Assembly: GCF_000143415.4 (NCBI RefSeq)
Contig: NW_003314342.1
Coordinates: forward strand, 519,569-583,568
DNA: 64,000 bases
DNA from: Selaginella moellendorffii
Lineage: Eukaryota > Plantae > Lycopodiophyta
Direction of reading: 5' to 3'
Both the position numbers and the translations under genes were made by a program. The first letter of the stretch is position 1; each line of letters opens with the position of its first letter. Of the stretch, positions 35,651-49,388 are shown piece after piece. Under the pieces are notes generated by a model. The model did not search any database. It saw only the letters and a list, made by a program, of their open reading frames with translations, and was not told the origin of the DNA.

Positions 35651-38600
35651 TTAAATATTTTTTATTATGATATATAATTTGTTATGATCTGTCCAATATG
35701 CAGGTGCTATTCCTGCTTTTGTATATATTATATCTTTTATCCATATATGATCTATTAATTTATTATTACGTGTATTGTGTTTTATTATTTGTATATATCC
35801 TTCTTTCTCCATTATTGTTTGAAGTGGTTTTACTTCTTCTATTTGGTAGTCAATATTAAAATCTCCTGTAATTATTACTGGTTTTTTATTATCTATTTTC
35901 TGTATATATTTTTGTAGTTGTTTTATGAATATATGTATATTTGTTCCAGGTTTTCTATGTAAATTTATTATCTGTAATTGTTTTTTATTTTTTTCTAGTG
36001 ATACATATGACATTGCCATTGTTTCTGTTTTTAAATGTTCTACTATTTCTGATTTGTAGTCATTTGTATGCAATATTGCTATATGTGGGGGTTGTTCATG
36101 TATATATGATTTATATTTATTAAAATATAAATCCTCATGTTTTTGTGTTCTTACTTCTTGCATACATATTATATCTGATGTTAATAATTGTGAATCACTC
36201 TTTATATCTTCGTGATGTGCAGTAATAGATCTTGTATTTAGAACTTGTATAATTGTTTGGTTAGCTGTTTTTTCTTCTTGTAAATCTATTAGATCAATTT
36301 GCCATGGTGCTTCTGTTGTCATTCTTATTATTTCTTTAGCTGCATCTTTATTGATTTTAATATGTTTATGTTCAATTGGTCTATATAAATGTATCCCTTT
36401 TAATGTTTGTGCTCTTGATAATGCAATATATGCTTGTCCTGGATATTTTGTTTTATATGGGTCATATCCTAATTGCATAACTGTTGATCCTTGTGCTCTA
36501 TGTATTGTTCTTCCTGCGCACGGTTGTACTGGAAATTGGGTTCTACTTATAACATAGTTTTTATTTTTAGTAATATTTATTGTTCTTGTTATTTTTTTTA
36601 TTGGTGTCCAGTTTTTTTCATTATTTTGCTTTATTGTTATGTTTTCTTTAGCTCTTGTTTTTTCACCTGTTTTTATATTTGGGTATTCTATCCACATTAT
36701 TTGTTCTTCTTCAATCTGGGTTACATCTTGTAATACTCCATCTGCTCCATTTACTAATCCATCTTCTGTTGCTATATTTTGTGTTATTTCAATTGCCATT
36801 TTCTTTTTCAAATGTAATATTTTATGTAGTCCTTGTGTTTTTCTTGTGTCATCTGGCAGCGAAAAATGTGTAGGACAGGAATTTCCATGTTTGTCTTGTG
36901 CTTCTATAATTATATCTTTACCTTGTATGTGTTGTATTATTTTTTCATTATGTTCTCTTACTTGTTCATTAGTTGCAAATATAGAATAGTATTCTGTGTT
37001 ATATGTATCTGTAATGACTTGTTTATTTATATATTCTAGCTCTTTATCTGTTTGTTCTCCTATTTTTATTTTATTTAAAGCTTTTATAAAGATTATATCA
37101 TCTTTTTGCCTCATTATTTCAGTAAGTTCATAGATTTTAAAATTATTTTTCCATGGGTGGTGTATGGAGACATCATTTTCAGGTCTATATGTTTTTGTTG
37201 AATAAATTGGTGTTTCAAATGTAGGATTTAATTGATAGAAATCACCTGTAAATATACAATCCATCCCACCAAAGTCTATTCCATATGTTGTTTTGAAGCT
37301 TTCACATCTTCTATTTATATCTTGTAGCATTTCTATACTTACCATTGATATTTCATCTATTACTAAACATTTTATTGTTGAAAACTTTCTTTTATATTTA
37401 TCTAATGTGTCATTTGTTAATATTGTTTGACATTGTTTTGATGCTTCTGGTCGAAATGCAAAAGCTGAATGTATTGTTGAACCATTTATATTACAAGATG
37501 CTTTTCCTGTAGGTGCTGTTATTAATATTGTTTGTCCTGGTTCATTATTTATATCTTGGTTTGTTTTATAATATCGTTTGAGTGTTTCTATAAGTGTATT
37601 TAAAAGCATTGATTTTCCAATTCCTGCTCCTCCTGTTAAAAATAAGCACAATTGTTTGTTAGGTTGTTTTATTTTTTTCAATATGAAGTCATCATGTATT
37701 ATTCTTTGCTTTTTATTAAGNNNNNNNNNNNNNNNNNNNNNNNNNNNNNNNNNNNNNNNNNNNNNNNNNNNNNNNNNNNNNNNNNNNNNNNNNNNNNNNN
37801 NNNNNNNNNNNNNNNNNNNNNNNNNNNNNNNNNNNNNNNNNNNNNNNNNNNNNNNNNNNNNNNNNNNNNNNNNNNNNNNNNNNNNNNNNNNNNNNNNNNN
37901 NNNNNNNNNNNNNNNNNNNNNNNNNNNNNNNNNNNNNNNNNNNNNNNNNNNNNNNNNNNNNNNNNNNNNNNNNNNNNNNNNNNNNNNNNNNNNNNNNNNN
38001 NNNNNNNNNNNNNNNNNNNNNNNNNNNNNNNNNNNNNNNNNNNNNNNNNNNNNNNNNNNNNNNNNNNNNNNNNNNNNNNNNNNNNNNNNNNNNNNNNNNN
38101 NNNNNNNNNNNNNNNNNNNNNNNNNNNNNNNNNNNNNNNNNNNNNNNNNNNNNNNNNNNNNNNNNNNNNNNNNNNNNNNNNNNNNNNNNNNNNNNNNNNN
38201 NNNNNNNNNNNNNNNNNNNNNNNNNNNNNNNNNNNNNNNNNNNNNNNNNNNNNNNNNNNNNNNNNNNNNNNNNNNNNNNNNNNNNNNNNNTCATTTATTT
38301 GTTCCATATTTGCTTCATATGCATTCATGTATGTTGTGTACATTTCTTTAAGATCTTCTTCTTTTCTAAATTTTTTATGTAAGATTAATCTTTCAAATGC
38401 CCACTTTTCTGAATCTTTTTCTTTACTAAAGTTTATATATCTAATTATATTGTTTTTTTTATGTTTTCGTGTTGTTACTTCTTTTTCAAATATATATTCA
38501 GTTGTTATCTCTACTAATGTTAAATCTTCTAATTTTTCTGGTCTTTGCATGTATTTTTCAATTAGTCCAGGTACTGTTATGTCTGTTTCGTCTTCTTGCA

Positions 38601-41369
38601 TTTTTGCAAGGTCTTGTTTCATTTTTAAACGCTTTGTTCGTTGTTCTTGTGGTTTAGTATCAATGAACTTTACAGTTCTAGACATATGATGAAATGGGAT
38701 TGACAATATTAAAAAAAGTGCTTGTTGAATTGGCATTTCCCTACCACGTATGAAGCTATTTTCTAATAACCGAACTCTATTAAATGCATCTGTTCCTTCT
38801 TCTTGGCATTTTTTAAATACAGTTGATAATGTCTTTGTTATTTCTGTTTCAATACATGCAATGTATGATAAACAATATAATGCTGCTGCATATGGATCAA
38901 GAATAATTTGTATATCTACATTTGATTGCCACAGATTTGATAATTTGTTATTAAAAGTATTTGTGTTTATGTCTTTTGGTTTTCGTTTATAAAAAATTTT
39001 TGTATTTGTTATTGTCGATCTTATTGTAGCTTTATATTGCTCATATGTTATTCCTATTATTTTTAAATATTCATCAAACTCTAAATCTTTTAGATCTATA
39101 GTTTTATCTTCTAGTATTGTTTTTATTTTTTTTAAAATTATTGTATATGAATCCTTTTCATGTTTTGTAATGTCTTTTATAGGCTCTAAGATTTTTGTTT
39201 GTGGCATTGGAGGAATTGGGTAATTAAATCTACAATTTATATTTTTATATTTTTTACATGTTTTTCTATGTTTATGAGTTTGAACATCGTTTATATTATC
39301 TGGTAGTTTTTCTGAATCAGTACATATAATTTCATTAGCATATTCTTTTATTTGTTCTAATGTTTGTGGTGGATTTTCTAACCATATTAGTGCATGTTCA
39401 TGTGGTGTACCACGTTGTTGAAATTGTGTTACAAATATATAGTCTTTTACTTTCCTTCCAAATATGTGATAATTGGACATTAATATTTTTCTAAATGCTG
39501 ATGTTTTATGTGCATAATATCGTATTGTGCTGATTGGATCAGCTCTTAGTATTTTATATATTTTCTCTTTTTCATTTAAATTTTCTATCTCTTGTTTTTG
39601 TAATATATCTGTATTTAAATGTTTTAAAGCATTTATTAATGGTTCCCAATGTCTTTCTGAACAACTAAGAGTTAAAAATAGTGTTGGTGGTCCTAATTGT
39701 CTTATCATGGCAAATGCATCTTTTTTTAGTGCTTCTAAATTATCTGGTGATGTTCTTAGATTTTTTAAATCTCTAAACCCTATGTTTGAATTTAATATTT
39801 TATCCATATTTCCATTTACAAGCACATCTTTTGATGTGATTTTTCTTCCTTCATAAGTAAATTTTCTTAATCTAAAACCTGCATTTTGATTAACAAATTT
39901 GATTTCAGTTTTTACTGCTGCTGTAAATATATGTTCAATATGTCGTGCAAATTTTCTATCCTCATTCATTAATTCCCATTGGATTATTTCTTGATATGTA
40001 AATTTATTTTTTATGTCTAATGGTCTTGGTTTTCCACCAAATAGTTTTGGATATGCCATTTCTTCAGCATTTTCATCTACAAATAATCCTAATGGGTGTT
40101 GTCCTTGACTAGGTGCTATAACTAAAACTTTATTTGTAAAATTATCTATTTGATTTGCATTCTGTCAAGCCTATGACCATCAGTATCTGTTGGTGATATC
40201 TCACTATACAGGTTGTCTATAAGATTTACACTTTCATCATCTTCATTTAATTCTTGTTGTAATTCGTTTTCTAATATTATTTGTGCGTTATTATCTATAT
40301 TATCTAAATTTTGTGCTTGTTGAAACCAGTTTTCATCTATATTAATTTTATTTTTCTTATATAGTTTGNNNNNNNNNNNNNNNNNNNNNNNNNNNNNNNN
40401 NNNNNNNNNNNNNNNNNNNNNNNNNNNNNNNNNNNNNNNNNNNNNNNNNNNNNNNNNNNNNNNNNNNNATTGTTTTATACTATTATAAATATAATGTGGT
40501 CTGGCTATTCCATATTTATAATAATATTTATCAGTTAATCTTCGTTTCAGCTGAATTGTTATTGTTTGTGTTTCTTCAAATGTTCTTGGTAGTTTATTAA
40601 TTATTGGTTTAATATTAGTTGGGACATTTATTATTCCTCCTTTTATGTGCTGCTGACATTGAGGTTGATTTAGTATTGTTATATTTGCAAATAAAATATG
40701 TAGAGCTATCATTTTCTCTTCAATATCATTTAGTTGTTCTGTATATTGATCAATTTGATTCAATCTTATTTTTTCTGGACTTTTATATTTTTCTTTATTT
40801 GTCATACATTGATTGCATGCATATTCTTGTTTTTTATTATATTTAAACCAAAGTCTTTTACATATTTTACATGGATGTATCGGTATATCCTGTATAGCTT
40901 CATTATACATTTGTAATGCTTTCATACTTTTTGGATTGTTTATGTCATATTCATTTTCTTGTTGTTCTTTCTCTTTTATTGTTTTTTTTTCTTTACTTTT
41001 AATATAATATACTCTTCTTTTAAGTTTTTCATCTGATATAGTACTCCCTGTTCTTTGTCGAAAAATATTTATTTTTTCATTTGTTTGTTTTTGTGAGTTC
41101 CAAGTTTCCATAAGTATTTTGTCTTCTTCTGTTGTATATTGGTTTTGTAAAGTACTTTCTTCATGTTTTTCTTTGGATATATTAATAGTTTTTATTTGCT
41201 CATTTTTATTCTTTCTTGATAAATAATAGTATCTAGAAACAATTTGTTTCTCAGTTAAATCAATATTATGGTTGAATTTTAGTTCTTTTGTTTTTTTTTT
41301 TGCAGATCCTTGAATTGATAACAATTTTGCATCTAGAAGTTCTGTCCATTCAAATTTTCTCTTTGTCAT
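35651..41369 (-). CDS. Rep/PIF1 helicase/AP endonuclease polyprotein, with a frame break at ~40150-40190 and two N gaps
   Basis: Rep motifs PTLFLTLS, FQQRGTPHEH, YCLSY; helicase GGAGIGKS, DEISM, GDFYQL, RQKDD, TIHRAQG; EEP/APE motifs NTRS, ICMQE, GDFN, IDHIW, TDH. Confidence 0.93.
37721..38290. other. Assembly gap (570 N); second gap at 40369-40468 (100 N)
   Basis: N runs. Confidence 1.
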
Positions 41370-41877
41370 AATTTTGCCCTTTATACTTAAATGCCCTTAT
41401 TGCCCTTGATGTCCTTACACCCACTAGATAGGTGGGTGCATCCAAATTAGTTTTTTCTATGATTGTTTAGCTGATCAAGATTGTTTAAAGAGATTCAACA
41501 ATCAAACCGAATGGACTATTTTTAGCCTACTTTCAGCAAGTATTAATTCTCTATCTTTCAATCAACAGCTTTGTGAAGGCTGATAATTGATAATCTAGAC
41601 CAGCAGAAACAATCAAAGACTTTTTACTTACTTCTCAATGTTATTCTGTTGAAAGCCATTTATGCCCTAAAGCTATATTAAGTCTTTATTTAAATGGGCC
41701 TAAAATGGGCTTATGAGAGAAATGTGAGCACAAGTACCAGACTCATGCATTCTTAGGTAATTGACTGCCTGCTCAATTGTATTGTTTTTAGATCTCTTTT
41801 GGGTTTAACGCCACTACCTCGCATGGATTCTTGGGTCTTGCCCAAGAATCCATGTGAAATGATTTTGATTGGACGTG

Positions 41878-42505
41878 CGAGGGTTGGCTGTGGAAAACCC
41901 TCACACGTCCAATGACAAGTCCCTGAAAAGTCAATGGACTCAAAGATGGTTTGAAGTAGTTTGTAACTTTCTTTCTCGTAGGACATTTTTTTATATACCT
42001 TGATGCAGGTTCTACTTGAAATGATTTTTTTTTCTCACTGTCAATAGAGCATCTTCAGGCTCTACTGACAGTGACAGCCCTGGAGGAGGTAGCCAAGTCC
42101 AAAGAAAGTTATTCAAAATGTCAAGTGAGATATCTTCGACTAGGCAGGATGATTCCACAAACAAGTAACATTGTTGTCACTATGGAGACTGGTATCTAGC
42201 ATGATGTTTTCAGTTTACAAGGTTGGGTGTGGAAAACCCTCGCACATCCAATGACAAGTCCCTGAAAAGTCGATGGACTTAAAGATGGTTTGAAGTAGTT
42301 TGTAACTTTCTTTCTCGTTAGGACATTTTTTTTATATACCTTGATGCAAGTTCTACTTGAAATGATTTCTTTTTTTCACTGTCAGTAGAGCATCTTCAGG
42401 CTCTACTGACAGTGACAGCTCTGGACAAGGTAGCCAAGTCCAAAGAAAGTTATTCAAAATGTCAAGTGAGATGTCTTGATGTAGATTCTACTTGAAATGA
42501 TTTCT
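41878..42505. repeat. Tandem duplication (~340-bp period) inside the Helentron
   Basis: Block beginning TGTGGAAAACCCTC...CCAATGACAAGTCCCTGAAAAG occurs at ~41890 and ~42228 and stays collinear for ~250 bp. Confidence 0.9.
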
Positions 42506-42866
42506 TTTGAGCTACTATAGGGTGAAGGAGAGCTCAACATTGCCAGAGATGGATATCGAGGGCCAAGAACCAAAACAAACCTTTGATGTATGTGTGCCTT
42601 CCCATTTAACTTTCTTCTAAGCTGTTTTGTTTTTCTTTTGTAAGTTATCCAGTAGGATCCAGTAAGAGCACGGTCATTCTCACATATTAGTTTTCTAATT
42701 GAATGTGCAATGCAATTAGCAACAATCTTGTGAGTCGTTGCCATGGGATTTCTAGTTTGTGTGCTTTGAAATCTAGAAATTGTTAAGAGAAGCATTGCAA
42801 GATTTCATGAATAGATATTTGTATTATAGAGAAAGCAATTGAAAAATAGACAAGAGACAATTGTAT

Positions 42867-44392
42867 CTATTTCTGGTTGTTGGCAATTTCCATAGCTAAA
42901 TTGTTTGGTGTCTCAAAATGGACAATAATATTTGCCTCATTCAATAGAAAGAATCCTGTTGGTTTTGAAAATAGATAAATAACAATCTTTTCTGGGGACT
43001 CCATAGCAAACTTGACCATAGACCCTTCATCCAAATTATAAATTTTATCCACCATTTTATCACGCACTGTAACTCTATATTCCATCATGTCATTTGATAT
43101 AATAGAACCAATTATTGTAGCTGATTTACGAGGGATGGAATGCCCTTTACATTTTGCGCAAACAACAAAACCATCTTCTCTCTGCTCTAACATTGTGAAA
43201 GAGCAAAATGAGCAAAGACTTTCAGCTTGAGTGAGACTCTGTCGGTTGTCAGGGATGAAATATCCACTAATCTGTATAATTGGAAGTTAGAGTTGAAAGT
43301 AGATGTAAATAATTTACATTACCTTGTCTTTAGAAGTGAGACCACGGTGTGTTTTATAAACTTCATTGAGCCTCTGAATTTCGTTTGAATCAACTAGTGG
43401 CAAAAATAAAGTACTTCCAAGTGTTGCTAAATCACCTGATGCACTCATGCTTTTCATAATATTAAAAAATAAAAAATTTGGCATATATCCAGCATATAAA
43501 TCTGCTACAATATGATGATATTGCTCTTCATGCTCCAGATGCATATAGAGCTGTGAAAATATCTTATAAATAGAAAATTAAATAGAAAAAAACATTACCA
43601 TAGTTACATCCAAAGGATTATCAGAAGAAGCAATCTTTATTTTAGGAAAAACACCAGTGTTGATTACAACAGCATGTATAGCTTGTGGATAAACTCTAGT
43701 AGCCATTAAAGATGATATAGAAGCTCCTTTAGTTGGCTGTAATCTTAATTTAACATCAAAATCATCTATAATTTGAATGATAGAAGAATCTGTAATATAA
43801 AGAACTTTTTCTGAAGTTCCATGGTGGTAAACTGGGTTTTTCTGTCGTTCAACCCATCTGCAGTGAGAGAATTATAATCTTGTTAATTTTTTTAAAAAAA
43901 ATTACAAACCTTGTAAGTGAGAAACATTTATCAACCATAAATTTATTATATAATCGTGCACACATGGATGAATCACCATATACAGTTAAAGTTTGCAAGC
44001 CATGCATATCTGTACAATCCATTATATAAGTTAAGTATTTTGCACTTCGCAGAGTGTTCTTTGCAAGATGAACTTTATAAGTTCCATACCTAGGCAAAAA
44101 GCAAATCAAAACTACAGAAAAAAAACGATTTCAAAACCATACGTAGATAAAACCTTCAGCTCAAGAATTTTGGTTGAATTTGCTTTTTCAAAGACAAGTG
44201 ATGCAATAGTGGCTTTTAGGATGGTCAACTTTGTCCTCTTTGCTTGTGAAACTACAAAACCAAAGAGAAATAAATCAAGAAATACTAAGGAATAAAGAGA
44301 AAAACCAAACCTTCATAAGAATTTGATTCTGTAGACAAATCCTCAGCTGGTGACGACTGAACAATATCCATAGCACAATCCAAATCTGACAT
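42867..44392 (-). CDS. RPA70-like ssDNA-binding protein carried by the Helentron, multi-exon
   Basis: Spliced exons give an OB-fold-like segment (MDCTDMHGLQTLTVYG..LYNKFMVDKCFSL) and a C-terminal C4 zinc finger CSFC..CAKC followed by ..YRVTVRDKMVDKI, as in RPA70 DBD-C. Confidence 0.7.
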
Positions 44393-45044
44393 ATCTATGT
44401 GATTGATTAAATAGAATTATCTCTAGTTAATTTATACTAGTAAAAAAATCCAAAAATAAACTAGACTTCACTTTGAAGAATCAAAAACATAAAAGAATAA
44501 AACTTTGAGCTAAAAATTAAAATCCGTCAACTTTTCCAAACTTAGGGTTACGGTAGACAATAAACCAATTCGGCAGCTTCTGAACCTTTTCAACCTTTTC
44601 GTGCACTGACTCTCCTCATTTGTAAACATCCTTGCCAGATACTTCTCATCATCAACCAAGCTGAAGCTAGAAGCAACTTGACTGTACTCCTCAGCTGCTA
44701 CAATCTCCCTCTATCGGTCGCTTTAGAAAAGAGGAATGAATAGGAATAGAAAGATTGTCCTCCACTGATCTTTGTTTTCTACCCACTGCCCACTCACATA
44801 ATAGGGAGCCATACAGAGGAAGATCTAAGCTCCATCCATAGATGCATTCCAGGTTGATTGATTGATTCTGGGCAATCAATCAGTACCACCATAGTGGGTT
44901 TCTGATCCTGGATTGTGGCTCTCAGCTCAAACCTCCAGGGAGAGCCAATTCTCAATCAATTCACTAGTCCAAATATGATTTTCTTGATGCTTCCTAGGGA
45001 CAAGAGCAATCCATTGGAGCCAGTGGACAATGCAGCGGCCGGGA

Positions 45045-45215
45045 ACAACGATAGCATCATGATTGATCTCGAGGGGGCACTACTCAAATCCCTGAGCTGG
45101 TTTCAATGCTTCATGCTTGTCACAATTGAGGCTGGGAGGCCTCTATGAGTGCTCCTCCTATTTTTCATTCTACCCTTTATGTGGATCACTGGCTGCTTCG
45201 TCCATCTTGGCTCTA
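45045..45215 (+). pseudogene. GPAT: Captured fragment of a GPAT (sn-2 glycerol-3-phosphate acyltransferase) N-terminal HAD-like region
   Basis: IDLEGALLKSLSWFQCFMLVTIEAGRPL*VLLLFFILPFMW matches the plant GPAT pattern DLDGTLL.S.S.FPYFMLVA.EAG..LR.L.LL..P; stop at 45146-45148. Confidence 0.75.
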
Positions 45216-48062
45216 AATTCTCTGCTTCATGGCAGATCCTGGATTGAGGGCCTTGGCAGTGGAACTTTGAGAGCTCCCTTGTAATTGCCATTATGGACAT
45301 GGAGCCTAACCAATGCACTATACATTATACAGTTTCTTTGGCTCATGCTCCAAAAACCACGTATGCTCATGATGATACAAAGTGGTTAGAAAAGTTTATA
45401 AATTATAAACATGTTTATAAATTATAAATATGAAATTAATCTAAATGAATAACCACCATTGGATGATAGAATATCCAAGAATATTCAAGCATATTCTAAG
45501 TATATTTATTACCATCTCAGTCCTCCTACAGGTTTGCTTAAGCAAACCAATAAAACTTATAAGTTTGACATTCTTTACTTAATGGAAAACCAGAATAAAA
45601 ATTAATGAACTTAAATTGAAATCAATGCCTCTCCAAATTTATAAATGATTTGCCAAAGTGAATTTAGGTTTGTGATATTTTATAATTATTTAGTATATTA
45701 TTATTATTTCTTTGTTTAACACTTAGTGTGCAATAATGTATACTAGATTTTTTTGTTTATTGTTAAAATAAATAAAATGAAAACTTATTAAACACAATAA
45801 AAACAATTTATTTCTACAATAATTTACTTCAATCACATAAAATCCTTAACATGGGGAGAAACATATGAATCCATTCATCTCACTCAAATGCTTTGAAATC
45901 TCTTGCATCTATTGTTTAGATCCATAATCTATAAAGAAAGTTAAAGATTATTCTCAAACCTGGCAAGGAGTGTTAAGCCAAACACTCCATCCCCCACTAT
46001 CTTTCTGAAACTCACGTAGTGAGATAGCGAAGAAATTACAATGCTAAAAAGCTAACACATCTAACTAAGTAACTAGGCAAATTGTGATTCTACCTTGCAT
46101 GTTCATCAATAAATTGTTTCTTTTTATATCCTTTTAATGAATTTATCATTGTTAATTATTTTTTAGATTGTTCAGGAAGAAGAAGGAAATACCAAATTTT
46201 TATGATCATTTCTTTATTACCTTGATAATATTAAAATAACAGCTATAGTGAAATAGTAATATTAAGATCAAGTTAAAATAGTGATTTTGGAGTTACTATA
46301 AACTAAGCATATATAGTAATTTCAATAATTGATTATTAACTTTATTTTTATATCATTTAATAGATTATATGAAAACTTACCAACAATATTCAATATATAA
46401 ACATTCAAGTATTATGTATTTGGGATTGGATATAAAAATTAAAATCTAAACTATTTATATTAATTATATAATACCTTCATATTATATTATGTTACACCCT
46501 ATCACTCTAGCTTCAGTTATCCTATTGCTCATGTATTTTGTAGTAAAAATCAAGTTTAAATAAAGATCATACATATCTTTCTCAGTAAATTTAGCAATAA
46601 ATAATAGTCTTTTTTTATTAAAAAAAACTATATTTTAAATCACTAACTGTTTATAAATGTAGAACTGTATTTCATTTACTTGTACTTAATGAGATTAGAT
46701 TTAATTTTTAAAAATTATATAAGAACATCATCTTACTTATGGAGGATGAGTATTCAATTTACTGAGAGCAGCTTGGACATAATGTTTTTATAATTTAAAA
46801 TTATAACTTATTTTTAGGTTATTAAAGCAATGATTATGTAATTGCGCATGCTTGCATTATATATTTACACATGTGTGGATTTATTTTTTTTATTTGTATA
46901 TAAAAGTACTATGTATGCAATCATATTTCAATTGCTATATAAGTAATCAAAATGTGATTATGTGCATAATATTTTTGTCAATAGGGTATGGCATGTTAGA
47001 TTGCTATTGCTATGCAAAACTAATGCCACATTATCTCAAATAATATAACGTAATTATAAAGTTAATAAAGTTTTATTTTATCTCTTTTTTATGTTGTTGA
47101 GCACAACTTTGTGATCTCTTGATTGTGATCATCTCTCTCCTCCTTTCCATACACTATATTCACCTCTCATTACTTTATTTTTTGTGACTTAAAAGCATAT
47201 TTCAATTATAACACACCCTAATGTAAGCACTATGCTTTGATTGCTTTTGCACTTGCAAAGCAAGTGCCTCTAATTTTTTGTAGCTTGTATGTAGTATAAC
47301 ACAATAATCTAGGTAACAATGAATTGATACAGAGGTGAGTGCAATCAAGTAAAGTATAAAAGAGAGCATAAAGTTATTTTTTGGGTGCTTGGGTGTTGAA
47401 TATGAAGGTTTTTCAACAAGTGGGTCATATTATAATTGTGGTTTTATCAATTTTTAGCATTTGTATTTTTTTGGTATTATAATGGTTTGTTATGCATAAG
47501 TATGTTGCAAAATAATAGTGTAAACTTTTTTTTCTTGGATTTTTTCTTCTTAGCTTGATTTTTGTAGTTGTTATAGCAATTGTGTTAGTGGAGCATTATA
47601 ACGTAACATTTATATATAAGTAAACGATAAATTTATGCTCATTTCTTTTTAATGCATTAATTGATTTTTTTCAATATTTGTTTTCATTCTAGATTATTTC
47701 TATGGCCAAGAAATTTAGATTTTTGCACCAATATAAATAACACACATATAATATATAGTTATACTGTAGCAATTTGCTAACTTGCTAAGCTTAAAAGTTT
47801 ATATTATATTGTTGATATAACCACAAGAGTGCCCCAAACATATAGTGATGGTAACTTTAGCTTGTGAAATTCAAAAATCATTCAAAATCTAGCTCACACT
47901 GAAGAACATCACACTCCCAAACCGTAATTCAAAAGTCTAAACTCTACTAACATATTATAAAATCCAATGTAAATAAAAATTTATGCAACACAAAAAATTA
48001 CATATATGCCACTAACTTAGACTTTGCCATGCAGTCCATGTGTAAGAAAAAAGTTGTGTTCA

Positions 48063-48151
48063 AAATAAAAATACATATGTGTTTGAATTATTGTAACATA
48101 TGAGTCACACATATATGTTACAATAATTCAAACACATATGTATTTTTATTT
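48063..48151. repeat. Perfect 39-bp inverted repeat with 11-nt loop
   Basis: 48063-48101 is the exact reverse complement of 48113-48151. Confidence 0.95.
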
Positions 48152-49388
48152 CATATATTTTATAAGCTTCTACAAATTTTTGCCAGACCACCTGAGAAGT
48201 ATACCTTCCCTAAATTTTTTGCCAGGTCACCTGGGAAGTGTTCCCCCAAAAAATACCATCACAAATTGCTTGCCATAGGTTATAAAACTTAAAATGATAT
48301 AATGTATCATATAAGATTATTAAATAAATAACTATAAAAACCATAAATAAGAAACTTTAATAGTCTAATATTTTAAGCTTTGTTTTAGCAGATTTTGTAA
48401 CAAGCATAAATGTATATAAACTTCCATAAACTTAAATCAAATTGATAATTTTGAAACAAACAAGACACATTTGAATCAGAAACTCCATGAGAAATACAAG
48501 GAGATTTTGATGAGAGCATTGCCTTCCCCAATAGCTACACAATGGACAATTCTAGTGGCATCAACTGGCTCAGTTCTCTTCAGCTGCTTTGAATGCTAAT
48601 CGATATGTTATCACAAGTTAACTGTGTTTTAGGCTATTACCCAGTTTTACTGCCGGCAGGGGTTCTTCTTGAGCAGAAGATAAAGATCATGCTGGCGAGA
48701 TTTAGATATTCCAACTTTCTGGATGATGCCTGGAGTAGAATTTACGCATGGAAAAAGAGAAAAAGAACAAATGGAATGTGCGGCATGGTTGGAGTCTTTC
48801 GCATTTCATGAAAACGACATCCCGCAAACCTTGACACACATTTTTAAGAGCGTCTCCCACTACCAAAGTGGAGAAGGGAATTTTTCCTAGACACCTCTAA
48901 ACCATGCAGCACAAGAAGAGCCAAGAGAATCCACGTCTGTATAAACTCGTATTCATTCTATTCTTTTGGCGTTTTAGATCTTGTTTTCAAGTTTAGAACG
49001 ACCACCTTTCCGGTGCCTCAATTCCATGATCTTTCATTGTTCTATTCTTTTTGTGCGTGTGTTGTAAAGCTGCAAGGAAAAGTCGATGCAAGGACGAAGT
49101 GATTTCTCTCTAGCTTTGTTTCTTGCTTTTGTTCTTGAAGGGACCGCTTTGCCTAGCTAGGATCTCTAATGGAACCAAGAACAAAAAGAAATGTGAGAGA
49201 AAGAGAGAAGGAAATAAAAAAGTTTAGCATATAGTAATAGACCTATGGCGAAAGCACCATCAAATCTTGCGTGATTTTAATCGACCGATAAATATTTCTA
49301 CCCCCAAAACAGTGAAACACTTGTGCCTTCCAAGCCACTCGCGGAAAAAGAAACAAGCAAAAAGGGAGAAAACAGAGGAATTTCGAGA

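Larger units (their letters stand above)
35598..45555 (-). mobile_element. Helentron (endonuclease-encoding Helitron), apparently full length
   Basis: 11-bp subTIRs TTGGTTTGCTT (35634-35644) and AAGCAAACCAA (45540-45550); 5' palindrome GGTTTGCTTAAGCAAACC (45531-45548); GC-rich 3' hairpin 35607-35633; T-runs at both ends on the coding strand; internal RepHel-EN gene. Confidence 0.85.

Noticed and set aside
37578-38689. ORFs spanning X runs
   Set aside because: Produced by the assembly gap.
35651-41369. Viral or contaminant origin of the AT-rich Rep-helicase
   Set aside because: Helentron termini, a spliced RPA-like gene and a captured plant GPAT fragment indicate a resident transposon.
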